Notes under the pieces: model-generated
The model's database searches: none
What the model saw: only the letters and a program-made list of their open reading frames with translations
What the model was told of the DNA's origin: nothing
Program-made: the position numbers and the translations under genes
NCBI GenBank assembly: GCA_050298955.1
Contig: JBNKVA010000004.1
Location: forward strand, 63,690-127,689
Source of the DNA: Pontiella sp.
GTDB lineage: Bacteria > Verrucomicrobiota > Kiritimatiellia > Kiritimatiellales > Pontiellaceae
Direction: 5' to 3'
Length of the DNA stretch: 64,000 nt
Part shown: positions 45,517-55,384 of the stretch, one piece after another
Numbering within the stretch: position 1 is the first letter of the stretch
Layout of the letters: each line of letters begins with the position of its first letter

Positions 45517-47184
45517 TCAGTTGAAACTCAGCGGAAGGTGTTCCTGACCTTCCGCATCCTTCATGAGCTGCACCTGCTCGCTGGTCGTATGGTATCGGTT
45601 GTCAATGCCCTTGTTGGTCGGGCAGCCGACAATGTCAATCAGCATGTCCATCAGGAACTTGAGGTGTTCTCCGCTGTTGGAAGCCAGGGTAAGCAGATCC
45701 TCCTGCTCTTCGGAAATGGTCCCCACATAGCCCTGCAGCATCATTTCAAGCGATGCGTTGATTGCGGTCAGCGGCTGCATCAGTTCCTGGGCCACCTCGG
45801 AAAGGGAAGCCAGCAGCTCGGCGCGCGGCATATGATGCGCCTGCCCACCGATGGTCGATGACAGCGCCTGCAGCTTTTCCCGCGTGTTGTCGAGTGTGTC
45901 GTCCAGGTTTTCATTGGCCTGGCCCAACAGATCTTTGACAGTTGTTCCGTCGCTTGATTTCGACTTCATCAACTGTTCCAGCTTCTCAAAAACCGTTGCC
46001 AGGCTGCTCAGCCCATCGGTCAGCGAGGTTTCGCTTTTTCCGGGTGAATGAGCACTCTCCACGATGATTTTACGCCATTCGCTACCCGGGAATCCGGACC
46101 CCTCCAGCAGGCTTTCCGCCATTTCGGCACCCTGCGATTGAACAAAGCACTGCATCTGCTCCCGGTCCTTTTCAATGGCCTGCCGGTGTTCCATGTACTG
46201 AGCCGCCGCCATCTCAAAACTGAGGGATTCATCCATGCCGCGAATAGCCTGCACGATCTGGCGATCCAATTCGGGATTCTCTTCTCCGGAAAGGGCCCGC
46301 ATTCTGGCCAGGAGACTCTCCTCCAGCATCAGGAGGGCTTTTTTCAGTTCCGCTTTGCCTTCAAGGGACTGAAATGCAGGTTGTTTGCGCAGGCCGTCAT
46401 ACGTGCGGCGCAAACAGCCCAGGATGATGTCGTTGAGCGACTCCCCGGACAGCTCGGATCTCGACTGGCGTATTGAAACGGATTCCATGATCAGCCGACC
46501 CAGTTTATCGGGGTCGCTGGCGGCTTCGACAAGTTCTTCTCCTACCCGGCCCTCGTCGGCGTTTATGTCCCCCTTAAGGAAGGCCACAATCTGATCGACA
46601 TGAAAGCCGTCTTCCTTGTGGCCCGACGCTCCGGTTCCGGCCTCTGATGCCTCATCATCTTCGAGTACCAGCACGCCGTTACCGCCCATGCCGGCCAGTT
46701 CGCTTTCATGGGCAACGGTCTCTCCATCGCGTACCGCCTGATACTGCGTGTTTTCGGACACAATATGTTCCATGTTTCTGTTGACCAGCTCCTGCTGAAA
46801 CATATCGGCATCGTTCGAGGCCAGCAATTGCGCCAACTGAGCAAGCTCTCCGGGCGAGGTTCCGCGCGATATCTTCAAGCCGGTGATCTGGAGACGAACC
46901 AGCCGGCGCTCCAATGATTTCTGAAGCGTCCCTGATGTTCTGACCGTTTTTTCGTCAATCGTCATCACACCATTGAAGGCTCCGATGGTCAGTTTCACAC
47001 GGTCCGTAAACAACTCCTGCATGGCTTGTGCACTCGTTTCGAGTGCTTTGCCGGAAGCGGGGTGGTTGATCCCATAGGTGGTGACGAGGTTGATGGAGCG
47101 TCCCAGTTCATTGAGCGCTGTGGTTAATGCCGGATTTTCAATTATTTCGAATGTTGAAATATTAGGCTTTTTGCTGTTTTCCAT
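45517..47184 (-). CDS. Helical cytoplasmic protein ending in a HisKA-like domain lacking the His and any HATPase
   Basis: C-terminal LSEVAQELMQPLTAINASLEMMLQGYVGTISEEQEDLL..A..SGEHL..L...L.D matches HisKA except H->Q. Confidence 0.65.
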   Translation of the reverse strand: MENSKKPNISTFEIIENPALTTALNELGRSINLVTTYGINHPASGKALETSAQAMQELFTDRVKLTIGAFNGVMTIDEKTVRTSGTLQKSLERRLVRLQITGLKISRGTSPGELAQLAQLLASNDADMFQQELVNRNMEHIVSENTQYQAVRDGETVAHESELAGMGGNGVLVLEDDEASEAGTGASGHKEDGFHVDQIVAFLKGDINADEGRVGEELVEAASDPDKLGRLIMESVSIRQSRSELSGESLNDIILGCLRRTYDGLRKQPAFQSLEGKAELKKALLMLEESLLARMRALSGEENPELDRQIVQAIRGMDESLSFEMAAAQYMEHRQAIEKDREQMQCFVQSQGAEMAESLLEGSGFPGSEWRKIIVESAHSPGKSETSLTDGLSSLATVFEKLEQLMKSKSSDGTTVKDLLGQANENLDDTLDNTREKLQALSSTIGGQAHHMPRAELLASLSEVAQELMQPLTAINASLEMMLQGYVGTISEEQEDLLTLASNSGEHLKFLMDMLIDIVGCPTNKGIDNRYHTTSEQVQLMKDAEGQEHLPLSFN

Positions 47185-47222
47185 TCCCTTTCCCTGCTTG
47201 AAATCTTTAGGTCTTCAATCAT

Positions 47223-47238
47223 AGCAGAAAGCATGCCT
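47223..47238 (-). promoter_or_regulatory. Candidate sigma54 (-24/-12) promoter
   Basis: Minus strand AGGCATG-CTTT-CTGCT (GG-N10-GC), about 40 nt upstream of ATG 47184. Confidence 0.4.
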
Positions 47239-47311
47239 ATGCAGGGCGGGGACAGGCTTCAGATGAAAGGTGTATTGGAAAACGTTGTATATCAGTTGCG
47301 CGGGGCATTCG

Positions 47312-47338
47312 GAGGCCTAACCGGCCTCGTTTTTTTTT
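47312..47338 (+). terminator. Plus-strand intrinsic terminator between two minus-strand genes
   Basis: GAGGCC-TAACC-GGCCTC-G-T9; no U-tract in the minus orientation. Confidence 0.65.
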
Positions 47339-47358
47339 CTCAAATTACGGAATCGGTC

Positions 47359-49368
47359 TTACATGCGTTCCAGGACAAAGCCGGTGCGCGATGGCAGGTA
47401 GAGCATGATCTGATGCCGTACATTTTCGCCGTCGTCATACTCAAAGCTGTGATATTCCTGATCGGGATCAACGAGATCGAATCCTCCGAAGGCCGGATCG
47501 TCCGTATTCAGTGTCAGGCGGTAGGTGCCCGGAGTAACGTCAATCGCGTAATCGGTAAAGGACTGGGTTGGATGGAAGTTAAATACAAAGACGAGCCCGT
47601 TGCGTTCGAAGGCGATTATCTTGTCGCCATCATGAACCAGTCGGAAGGTTACGGGAACCCGTCCCATAATATTTTTTTCGCGGATCAGGTTCATCATGGC
47701 CTGGTCAAAATCACCCAGGAAATGAAACTTGAGGCCTTCGTCATCGCGCAGGCTCCACTGCCGGCGGGCATAGTGGTACGACCAGTGATTGCCTTCGCGC
47801 GGGAAGTCGATCCACTCCGGGTGGCCAAACTCATTGCCCATGAAATTGAGGTAGCCGTGGGCGGCCGCACCCAGCGTGGCGAGCCGTGCCATCTTGTGCA
47901 GGGCAATGCCCCGGTCAACCAGCATGTTCTGGGCCTCGAGATGCATGTTGAAATACATCTCCTTGTCGATCAGTTCGAAGATGAAGCTTTTGCCGCCCAC
48001 CAACGCCTGGTCGTGTGATTCCACATAGCTGATAACCTGCTCATCGGCACGGTGGCTCGTCAGCTCGTGATAGAGCCAGTACATATTCCAGTCTTCGTCG
48101 GGAATATCGTTGGCCAGCTTGAACCAACAGTCGGGAGCGCCCATAGCCAGCCGATAGTCAAAACCGCATCCGCCTTCCTCCTCGGAGGCACCAAGCCCCG
48201 GCATGCCAGAGACATCCTCTGCAATGGTGATGGCGTCCGGTCGGACCATGTGGATGAGTTTGTTCGAAAGGGCGAGGTAGGCGAGGGCGTCAACATCGAC
48301 CGAACCATCAAAATAGTTGTCATAGCTGCCGAAGCCCGTGCCCAGTCCGCGATGGTGGTAGAGCATGCTGGTGACGCCGTCGAAGCGGTATCCGTCAAAT
48401 TTAAACTCATCCAGCCAGTAGCGTGCGTTTGACAAAAGAAAATGAAGTACCTCGGGCTTGGCATAATCGAAACAGCGTGAGTCCCATGCGTCGTGGTCGC
48501 CCCGGTCACCTTCGTGGAAATATTGGTAAAGGGTGCCGTCGAAACGAGAAAGGCCTTCCTGTTCGTTTTTCACGGCATGCGAATGCACCAGATCCATAAT
48601 GACCGCAAGTCCGGCTTCATGGCAGGCATCGATCAGCTCCTTCAGCTCCTCGGGGGTTCCGAAGCGCGATGAAGCCGCGAAGAAATTAGAAACGTGGTAT
48701 CCGAACGAGCCGTAGTAGGGGTGCTCCATGATTCCCATGAACTGCACGGTGTTGTACCCCATCTTTATGATGCGGGGCAGGATCTTCTCCTTGTATTCCA
48801 GGTAGGAACCTACCTTGGCGTCCTCCTGGGCCATGCCGATGTGGGATTCATAGATCAGGGGGGCTTCCACCGGGCGGTTGGGGTGCGGGAATTTCCATTC
48901 ATACCTCTTTTTCGGGTTCCATGCCTGTGCGGTGAAGACATGGGTGTCCGGATCTTGAACGGCTCGACGCGTATAGGCGGGCAGACGTTCCCCTTCGCCG
49001 CCGGGCCAGTACATTTTCAGCTTGTAGAAGTCGCCGTGCTTCAATGCATTGGCCGGCAGTTCGATTTCCCAAACGCCGTCGCTGTCGCCATAGTGCAGGG
49101 CATACTTGTCGAGCTGCTCCCAGTTGGAAAAATCGCCGACCAGGTAGATGGAGGTTGCATTGGGTGCCCACTCGCGGAACGTCCAATGGCCGTCGCGGAA
49201 GTGCAGGCCGTAGTATTCATGCGCATTGGCGAAATCGTCCAGGCTCATGCTGCCGCTCGTCAGGCGGTCTTCCACGTAGCGAATATGATCGGCACGCTGC
49301 TGCAGTTGACCGCGGTAGGGATCCAGCCAGGGATCATCGACAAGCTTGGCGAGATTCGGATCTCTCAT
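47359..49368 (-). CDS. glgB: 1,4-alpha-glucan branching enzyme (GH13_8-like)
   Basis: FREWAPNA, IYE.H.GM, EHPYYGSFGYHV, D.VHSHA, WDSR.FDY, FDG.RFDGVTSMLY.H, AEDVSGMP, Y.ESHDQALVG, LNFMGNEFGHPEW.DFPR. Confidence 0.95.
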   Translation of the reverse strand: MRDPNLAKLVDDPWLDPYRGQLQQRADHIRYVEDRLTSGSMSLDDFANAHEYYGLHFRDGHWTFREWAPNATSIYLVGDFSNWEQLDKYALHYGDSDGVWEIELPANALKHGDFYKLKMYWPGGEGERLPAYTRRAVQDPDTHVFTAQAWNPKKRYEWKFPHPNRPVEAPLIYESHIGMAQEDAKVGSYLEYKEKILPRIIKMGYNTVQFMGIMEHPYYGSFGYHVSNFFAASSRFGTPEELKELIDACHEAGLAVIMDLVHSHAVKNEQEGLSRFDGTLYQYFHEGDRGDHDAWDSRCFDYAKPEVLHFLLSNARYWLDEFKFDGYRFDGVTSMLYHHRGLGTGFGSYDNYFDGSVDVDALAYLALSNKLIHMVRPDAITIAEDVSGMPGLGASEEEGGCGFDYRLAMGAPDCWFKLANDIPDEDWNMYWLYHELTSHRADEQVISYVESHDQALVGGKSFIFELIDKEMYFNMHLEAQNMLVDRGIALHKMARLATLGAAAHGYLNFMGNEFGHPEWIDFPREGNHWSYHYARRQWSLRDDEGLKFHFLGDFDQAMMNLIREKNIMGRVPVTFRLVHDGDKIIAFERNGLVFVFNFHPTQSFTDYAIDVTPGTYRLTLNTDDPAFGGFDLVDPDQEYHSFEYDDGENVRHQIMLYLPSRTGFVLERM

Positions 49369-50921
49369 CAGGATTCCTTTTGCGCTTTTTCGAACACCTC
49401 ATCCACGAGCGGACGCTGGAGCATTTTCTCATAAATATCGATGTATTCCTGCGCCGTCACCTTGTGATTGAAGCGCTTCTTGCTTTCCTCCATAACGCGT
49501 CCGATCTGTGTTCCACGGGTGTGGAGATCCAGGCTGTAGAATTCGAGCGCGCGGTCGATGGACCACTCTAGTCCGCCGGCGTCGTAGGTTTCAAAGAGGA
49601 AGCCGTTTCCGGTATTGTTTGCGACATCCATATTACTGACCGAGTCATGCAGGCCGCCGGTGTCGCGGGCGATCGGCAGTGAACCATAGATGGCGCTGGT
49701 CATTTGCGGCAGGCCGCACGGTTCAAAGAGCGACGGCATAAGCATGAAATCCGAAGCGGCAAATCCGATGTGAGACAAGCCCTCCTCAAAGTTGCAGACC
49801 GCCACGCGGTTATAGAGGTCGTGATTGTAGGCAATGTCGTGGAACACCTGCTGAAATGCGCCATTGGCTACAAAGACCACCTGCAGGCCCTGATTCCAGT
49901 ATTTATCGACCACCTTGTAGAGAATTTCCGCCACCAGCTGGCATCCTTTTTGTACCGGATCGAGACGTGAGGGCCAGAAGAGCATCGGCGCATCCGGATT
50001 GATGTCGAGACCGAGGCGTTCCTGTATGTAGACCTTGTTTTTGCGCTTGGCGTCATAATGGTCAGCCACACCATAACGCTCGATCAGGTATTCATCCGTT
50101 TCGGGATCAAGGGCGGCGTCGGGTGAATTGAGGATGCCGGATGCGCACCCCGCGTGGTACTTGCTGGCCACTTCCCACTGAATGTTTTTGGGCACAAAGT
50201 CATGCTGGTCATCTACAATCTCCCTCAGGAAGGTTGGGCTTACTGTGTTGATGAAGTGCGAGGCGAATATGCCGCTGCATAGAAAATCGACGGGATTTCC
50301 CTCGCGTGCATCAAAATAACTTTCGGAGGGCCACTGATAGAAGAGGTTGCTCCAGAATTCGGCGGCATCGATGCCGCGGTCTTCGATGTGTGCCAGTGTT
50401 GTTTTGACGGTGTGGATGTTGTGGAAGGTGAACAGACTGGGGATTCCCAGCATGCGCGCTTCACCGGGAATGAGCCCGGTCATCCAGTCGTTACAGTGAA
50501 TCAGGTCGGGTTTGACGGTGGGAATGATGTTGTTGATGACTTCGCGCTGGAATGCGAGCGCAATCTTCATATCGGTGTCTTCGGAATTGCTGTAGACCCG
50601 GTCCTGATAATAGAAGATGCGGTCTTCGGCTAAATGGATGCGGTCGTCCGGCAGCTTGCTTTTATAGATCAGCAGTTCGTTGTCGATAAAGCCGCCGATG
50701 TCGACATGAAACATTTTGCGATAGTGCGGCAGGGCCACGTGTACATCCGCCCCGAGATCGTAGAGTGCAGAGACCAGCGAGGCAGACACATCGGCCAAAC
50801 CGCCGGCCTTGGCCGAGAGTTTGTTGGTCATGTTACCCATGCCTTCGGGCAGGTAGGTGATTTCCGGAGTGACAATTAGAATGCGCGGCTTCTTGGTTTT
50901 CTTTTTACTCTTGGCAGGCAT
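49368..50921 (-). CDS. glgA: Glycogen synthase (GT5)
   Basis: KAGGLADV, H.NDW.T, T.HN, TVSP, GILN, SRL..QKG, MPS.FEPCGL.Q, TGGL.D.V. Confidence 0.9.
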   Translation of the reverse strand: MPAKSKKKTKKPRILIVTPEITYLPEGMGNMTNKLSAKAGGLADVSASLVSALYDLGADVHVALPHYRKMFHVDIGGFIDNELLIYKSKLPDDRIHLAEDRIFYYQDRVYSNSEDTDMKIALAFQREVINNIIPTVKPDLIHCNDWMTGLIPGEARMLGIPSLFTFHNIHTVKTTLAHIEDRGIDAAEFWSNLFYQWPSESYFDAREGNPVDFLCSGIFASHFINTVSPTFLREIVDDQHDFVPKNIQWEVASKYHAGCASGILNSPDAALDPETDEYLIERYGVADHYDAKRKNKVYIQERLGLDINPDAPMLFWPSRLDPVQKGCQLVAEILYKVVDKYWNQGLQVVFVANGAFQQVFHDIAYNHDLYNRVAVCNFEEGLSHIGFAASDFMLMPSLFEPCGLPQMTSAIYGSLPIARDTGGLHDSVSNMDVANNTGNGFLFETYDAGGLEWSIDRALEFYSLDLHTRGTQIGRVMEESKKRFNHKVTAQEYIDIYEKMLQRPLVDEVFEKAQKES

Positions 50922-50984
50922 GCATGACCCCTCTCTGTCTTCGACAAATGAAACCAAACATACGGCCCTTTACAAGCACATTAC

Positions 50985-53900
50985 TCAACCGTTTAACCGG
51001 ACAAGAACCCGGTATAGTTCGGTCACGCCCCAGGCCTGTGCACCGCAACCCCGCTGGATGTGCGGCGTATTACCGTCAATCACCTCCGGAATCTGCCGCA
51101 GGCAGCCGTGATTGATGACATCCGAAGCACTGCCCAGCAGGGCCAGAGCCGTGTCGCGCGCGGCATCGCCATAGGTCATAACGAGGGCTTCCGGGTAGGA
51201 GGGGAAGGGCCATGTCCATGCCGTTCCGTTGTGATAGGCCGGCTTGCGGCGGGTGTCTTCATCGCCGGTGTAGTGGCCCCAATAGGGGTTGGCCGGATCA
51301 TTCAGCAGCCGGCCGTCATCATAGACCGGTGCTGGATGCTGGACCGTCCGGTCTGCCAGGCTCCGGATCGCACCGGGTATCAGCAACTGCTCGCAGGCTT
51401 CGAGGATGGATTTGCACAACGCCCGATCCTCCACGGCTCCCAGCGTTACGGCCAGCAGCTGGTTGGAGCGCAATGCGTCATCGACTTCCGCTTCGGCCGC
51501 AGGGGTGCCCGGTTCGGCAGCCAGGCAGTCCGCCAGGTAGGTGTAGTCGTCGGCTTCGATGACAAAGAGTTCGGCTATCGATCGCTTCACCTGTTCAGCC
51601 AGCGCGCTCCATCTGGGTTCCTTGTCGATATCGGCAAGCATGTTAAGCGCATAGTGCCACAATACCTGGATTTCGACGGGGTAGCCCTTCCTGGGGGTTG
51701 CCGCCGGATAGTTGGTGTCCATCCAGGTATAATGGGAAGGGCTGTAGATCAGGCCGGATTCAGCATCAAAGGTAATGCCGTTTTCGGTTCCGGCCATGAG
51801 CCCCTCCGCCAGCGAGATAAGAATCTGTTTCAGGCTGCGGGACCCGCACTTGGATCGGAGCAGGTTTTTATTGCCCTGAGCCTTCATCAGTTCATCGCAG
51901 CCCACATAGAGCCACAGCGGGGCATCTGATGTTTCGCGGTTGTTATCATCATTGCCGCGAATCATGTTGGGGATGGTCCCGCCTTTTTCAAACTTGGCAA
52001 ACTGGAGCAGAATATTCTTCGCCTCATCCAACAGGCCGGCCGCAATAATACCGCGCAGGCAGATCAGGGTATCCCGGCCCCAGTCCAGAAACCACGGATA
52101 GCCGGCAATGACCGTCTGGAAAGCATCGCGCTTCACAATGAATTGCTTCATGGCGGTCTGCAGCACGGTTTTGAGCGAGGGCGATTCCGTCTCCACGTCG
52201 TACGTGGGGGCATCGAATGCCGGCGTTTCATTGATGGAGGCGATCAGGCTTCTGGAGGTGCCGCCTTTCAGTTCGATCGTAAAGTAGCCCGGACTGAACA
52301 GGTCCGATGAACCGTCGATCCCGCGCGCGCGGTCCACCGGATGATCGATCATGTAGCTCCATTCCGGCTCGGAATGGAACGCGCCGTGTTCGGCTTGCAG
52401 CATCAGTTTCCGGTCATGGGCCGGGGCGAAGATAAACCCGTTTTTATTCGCCTCGACCGCGCTTGGCCAGTGTGCTTCGGGGCCGGCAAAGGCTTTCGTG
52501 ATTTCGTGGTTGCATCGATCTTCAATATCCGGCCGCAGAATCAGTGTTACGGTTTCATCATCACTCAGGTGTTCGGGGTCTTCGGCCGCTGCGCCGCGCA
52601 GGTAGCTGAGCCGTATGGCATTTGTATCCGGGTGCATGTGCAGGGCGACCTTAAGGGGGATAAGTTTTCCTTCACCCACCGGTACGGCGAATGTCCAGAT
52701 CACGGAGCCGTTGTCCGCGACGGAAAACCGCTTCTGGCAGTGCAGCGAAAGCTCGTATGAGTAGCCTTTGTGCACGATCCAGGCCCGGCAGCGCGTCAGC
52801 ATGGTGTGCCGGTCGACCGGAACGTTCGGATGCAGGTTGGCGGAAAGCAGGCCGTCATATTTGCTCCGCAGATCAGCCCAGCCGATCCGCACCTGCGCAA
52901 GGGCGCCATGGTTGTTTGTGCAGACGGCATACCGTTCGTGATCATGAACCTCGCCGGCTTCGCACGTGGTGACCACCTCGGCATCCGTCACATCGCATAG
53001 CTGCATGACCGGTGCTTCGGCATGGCGGGTGCCATCCGATTCAAACACGGTCATGTTCAACACCAGTCGGGCGTGCGCCGCCGGCGTCTCTATGGGTTTG
53101 AACAGGACAAAGAATCTCCCGTCTTTCCGAATGAGCGACTTTTCGTGGGCCAGGGTTTCGCCCGCTGTATTTTTGAGCTCGGCGATGAAGCCGTCTTTCG
53201 CCTGCACCAACAGGAAGTGGTCGGGCGGAAGCAGAATGGTTCTGCGGGTATCGCGCGGCCATTGCCAGGTGGTAACGACCGGAGCGTTGCCCGCCAGCTC
53301 TTCGCAAAGCAGTTTGGGATCGTCCATCAGCCGCTCCAGGTCAAAATTCGACAGCGCGTCAAAGTGTGCGAAGATGGCCATGGCCTTGGCTCGCAGGCAT
53401 TGTTCCTCGCTGGTTTCTGCACCGTGGAAATCCGTTCCCAGGAGTTCGGTGATGGTATTCAGCCAGTTGCGGTTATCACTGAGGCAGCGCACCTCGCCGG
53501 CCTTGAGGTGGATGGTGGAATTGGCGTGCTGCAGGGCTCCACCCGAAAGAAGGTCGATGGTGTGCGATGAAAAATCACCATGCCACGAAACGGAACCATC
53601 CTGTTCATGGCTCAGATTGGCCAGGATCAGCAGGCGGTGCTTTCCGCCGGCATCCATGCGGTGGATCGCCACCGAGTTTTGGTAGCCGTTGGTAATCAGT
53701 TCAACCTTTGCCCCGGCATGGAACGATGGATGCGTTTCCATAATCGCGTGGAGGCGGCGGATCCATTCAATCTGGTTCACCTCGGAGCCCCAGTTCAACG
53801 TGTGGGCGTTGTGGACATTGATCTTTTCGGCAGCGAACCATTCCACGCCGTTGGCGAAGCCGAAAGCGCCGTTGTGCGAAGTCAGGGCGCAGAAGGCGGT

Positions 53901-55190
53901 GCGCAGTCGCGCAAACGTACGCGAGGTGGCGGCAAGGCGCAGGTTGTCGTGGGTTTCGGCAAAATGAATCAGGTTGCCCTTGCTTTCGGATACACGGATG
54001 GATTCAGGGAGGTAGCTGTCAACCTGCCCCTGGTCATAATTCTGGAAGATTTCGGAGTACGCCCAGTTCATGCCGGAGTCGGCCAGCAGGCCTTCGGTTA
54101 CATGTTTGTAGCCGCCCAGTCCTTCAAGCATGAAGATGGTATCGGGGTATTCCATGCGCACCTTCGCAATAATATATTCCCAGGCCTCGAACGGCACTTT
54201 GTAGCCGGCGTCGCAGCGGAAGCCATCCACGCCGCGGCGGCACCAGAAGAGGAACACGTCGGCCATGTAGTGCCAGAGGCCCTTCTTCGAATAGTCGAGT
54301 TTGGAAAGGTCCTCCCATACCGTTCCCCAGGCGCCCGGCGACATGAACGATCCATCGTCGTTATGGTGGAACCATTCGGGATGGTTGACCTGCAGATGCG
54401 ATGCCCAGCCCGTGTGGTTGATCGGCATATCGAGATAGATGCGGGCATTGCGCTTGTGGACTTCGTCAACGAGCTCATGGAACTGATCCAGCGGGGTGGT
54501 GTGCTGATCAAACTCCGCCAGCGCCGGATCCACATCCAGCAGATCCATCACGGCAAAGGGGCTTCCGAAGCGGCCCATGCGCGCATAGGTGGTCGGCGTG
54601 GGATGGATCGGAAGCAGCTGCACGATTTTGCAGCGCAGGGTGCCGACGATAAAATCGAGCTCCTTGATCAGGTCGCGAAACTTGCCGCTGCGGGGAATGA
54701 CAGCATAGCCCGCCTCGTCCAGCTGCCGCACCGCCGGCTCGTCTTCCGATGCAACCGCACCCTTGAATTTGCTGTCACCAAATTGACGGATGAAGGCCGT
54801 GTACATGGTGTTGCCGGCGCAGGTTTCGGCCGGCTCAACCTTGATCGCGGAGTTGCCGCCCTCCGGCCACAGAATGGTGTCGGTTCCATCCTCAATAAAG
54901 TAGGTCTTGGCGGCAAAGCGCCCGACTTCGAGCAAGGGCAGCGAGAGGGTGAACCGGTTTTTTCCTTCGGGTTCCATCGGAAAATCGTGCCAGTCGCGTT
55001 CGAGCGGAGTGATGCCCTGTTCGGCATGGGCGATGATTTCGGCGTGGCGGATACGGGCATGACCGATATTGGCCCGGAGCCATGCCTGGCCCTTCCTGCC
55101 GGTGTGGTTTTCAAGCGTAAACGTAACCGTGTCGCCGCAATACCGGATAATGTGACCGCCGGGCTCCGGGTGCTGGATCAGAGTATTCAT
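50985..55190 (-). CDS. Bifunctional glycogen debranching enzyme (GH13 domain plus GH133 amylo-alpha-1,6-glucosidase)
   Basis: N-terminal LLPIHP, GSPFA, D..INHT, DGFRCD, MLEG, ETHD; C-terminal IAGYPWF.DWGRDT, DAPLW, TWMD, R.NQ, YHNGTAW.W, QAW. Confidence 0.85.
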   Translation of the reverse strand: MNTLIQHPEPGGHIIRYCGDTVTFTLENHTGRKGQAWLRANIGHARIRHAEIIAHAEQGITPLERDWHDFPMEPEGKNRFTLSLPLLEVGRFAAKTYFIEDGTDTILWPEGGNSAIKVEPAETCAGNTMYTAFIRQFGDSKFKGAVASEDEPAVRQLDEAGYAVIPRSGKFRDLIKELDFIVGTLRCKIVQLLPIHPTPTTYARMGRFGSPFAVMDLLDVDPALAEFDQHTTPLDQFHELVDEVHKRNARIYLDMPINHTGWASHLQVNHPEWFHHNDDGSFMSPGAWGTVWEDLSKLDYSKKGLWHYMADVFLFWCRRGVDGFRCDAGYKVPFEAWEYIIAKVRMEYPDTIFMLEGLGGYKHVTEGLLADSGMNWAYSEIFQNYDQGQVDSYLPESIRVSESKGNLIHFAETHDNLRLAATSRTFARLRTAFCALTSHNGAFGFANGVEWFAAEKINVHNAHTLNWGSEVNQIEWIRRLHAIMETHPSFHAGAKVELITNGYQNSVAIHRMDAGGKHRLLILANLSHEQDGSVSWHGDFSSHTIDLLSGGALQHANSTIHLKAGEVRCLSDNRNWLNTITELLGTDFHGAETSEEQCLRAKAMAIFAHFDALSNFDLERLMDDPKLLCEELAGNAPVVTTWQWPRDTRRTILLPPDHFLLVQAKDGFIAELKNTAGETLAHEKSLIRKDGRFFVLFKPIETPAAHARLVLNMTVFESDGTRHAEAPVMQLCDVTDAEVVTTCEAGEVHDHERYAVCTNNHGALAQVRIGWADLRSKYDGLLSANLHPNVPVDRHTMLTRCRAWIVHKGYSYELSLHCQKRFSVADNGSVIWTFAVPVGEGKLIPLKVALHMHPDTNAIRLSYLRGAAAEDPEHLSDDETVTLILRPDIEDRCNHEITKAFAGPEAHWPSAVEANKNGFIFAPAHDRKLMLQAEHGAFHSEPEWSYMIDHPVDRARGIDGSSDLFSPGYFTIELKGGTSRSLIASINETPAFDAPTYDVETESPSLKTVLQTAMKQFIVKRDAFQTVIAGYPWFLDWGRDTLICLRGIIAAGLLDEAKNILLQFAKFEKGGTIPNMIRGNDDNNRETSDAPLWLYVGCDELMKAQGNKNLLRSKCGSRSLKQILISLAEGLMAGTENGITFDAESGLIYSPSHYTWMDTNYPAATPRKGYPVEIQVLWHYALNMLADIDKEPRWSALAEQVKRSIAELFVIEADDYTYLADCLAAEPGTPAAEAEVDDALRSNQLLAVTLGAVEDRALCKSILEACEQLLIPGAIRSLADRTVQHPAPVYDDGRLLNDPANPYWGHYTGDEDTRRKPAYHNGTAWTWPFPSYPEALVMTYGDAARDTALALLGSASDVINHGCLRQIPEVIDGNTPHIQRGCGAQAWGVTELYRVLVRLNG

Positions 55191-55384
55191 GTTGGCCTTT
55201 TTTCAAAAACTGATTGCCGTTGGGAAAACTGGGTTTCTTATAGGGCGATTGCCGTTGGATGTCTGGAAAAAAGATTAATAGTTTGCCGTTCGGCAGGATG
55301 AGGCGGATAATACTGGTTCCGGTTTTTTATTGATAAGCTGGCCATGATGAAGCATATACGACGACTTTTTCCGGGGGACGACGG

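Noticed and set aside
53580-55301. 573-aa ORF antisense to the debranching enzyme (likewise 30255-31622, 43989-44990, 55706-56779)
   Set aside because: Shadow ORFs overlapping well-supported genes in GC-rich DNA; no family motifs.
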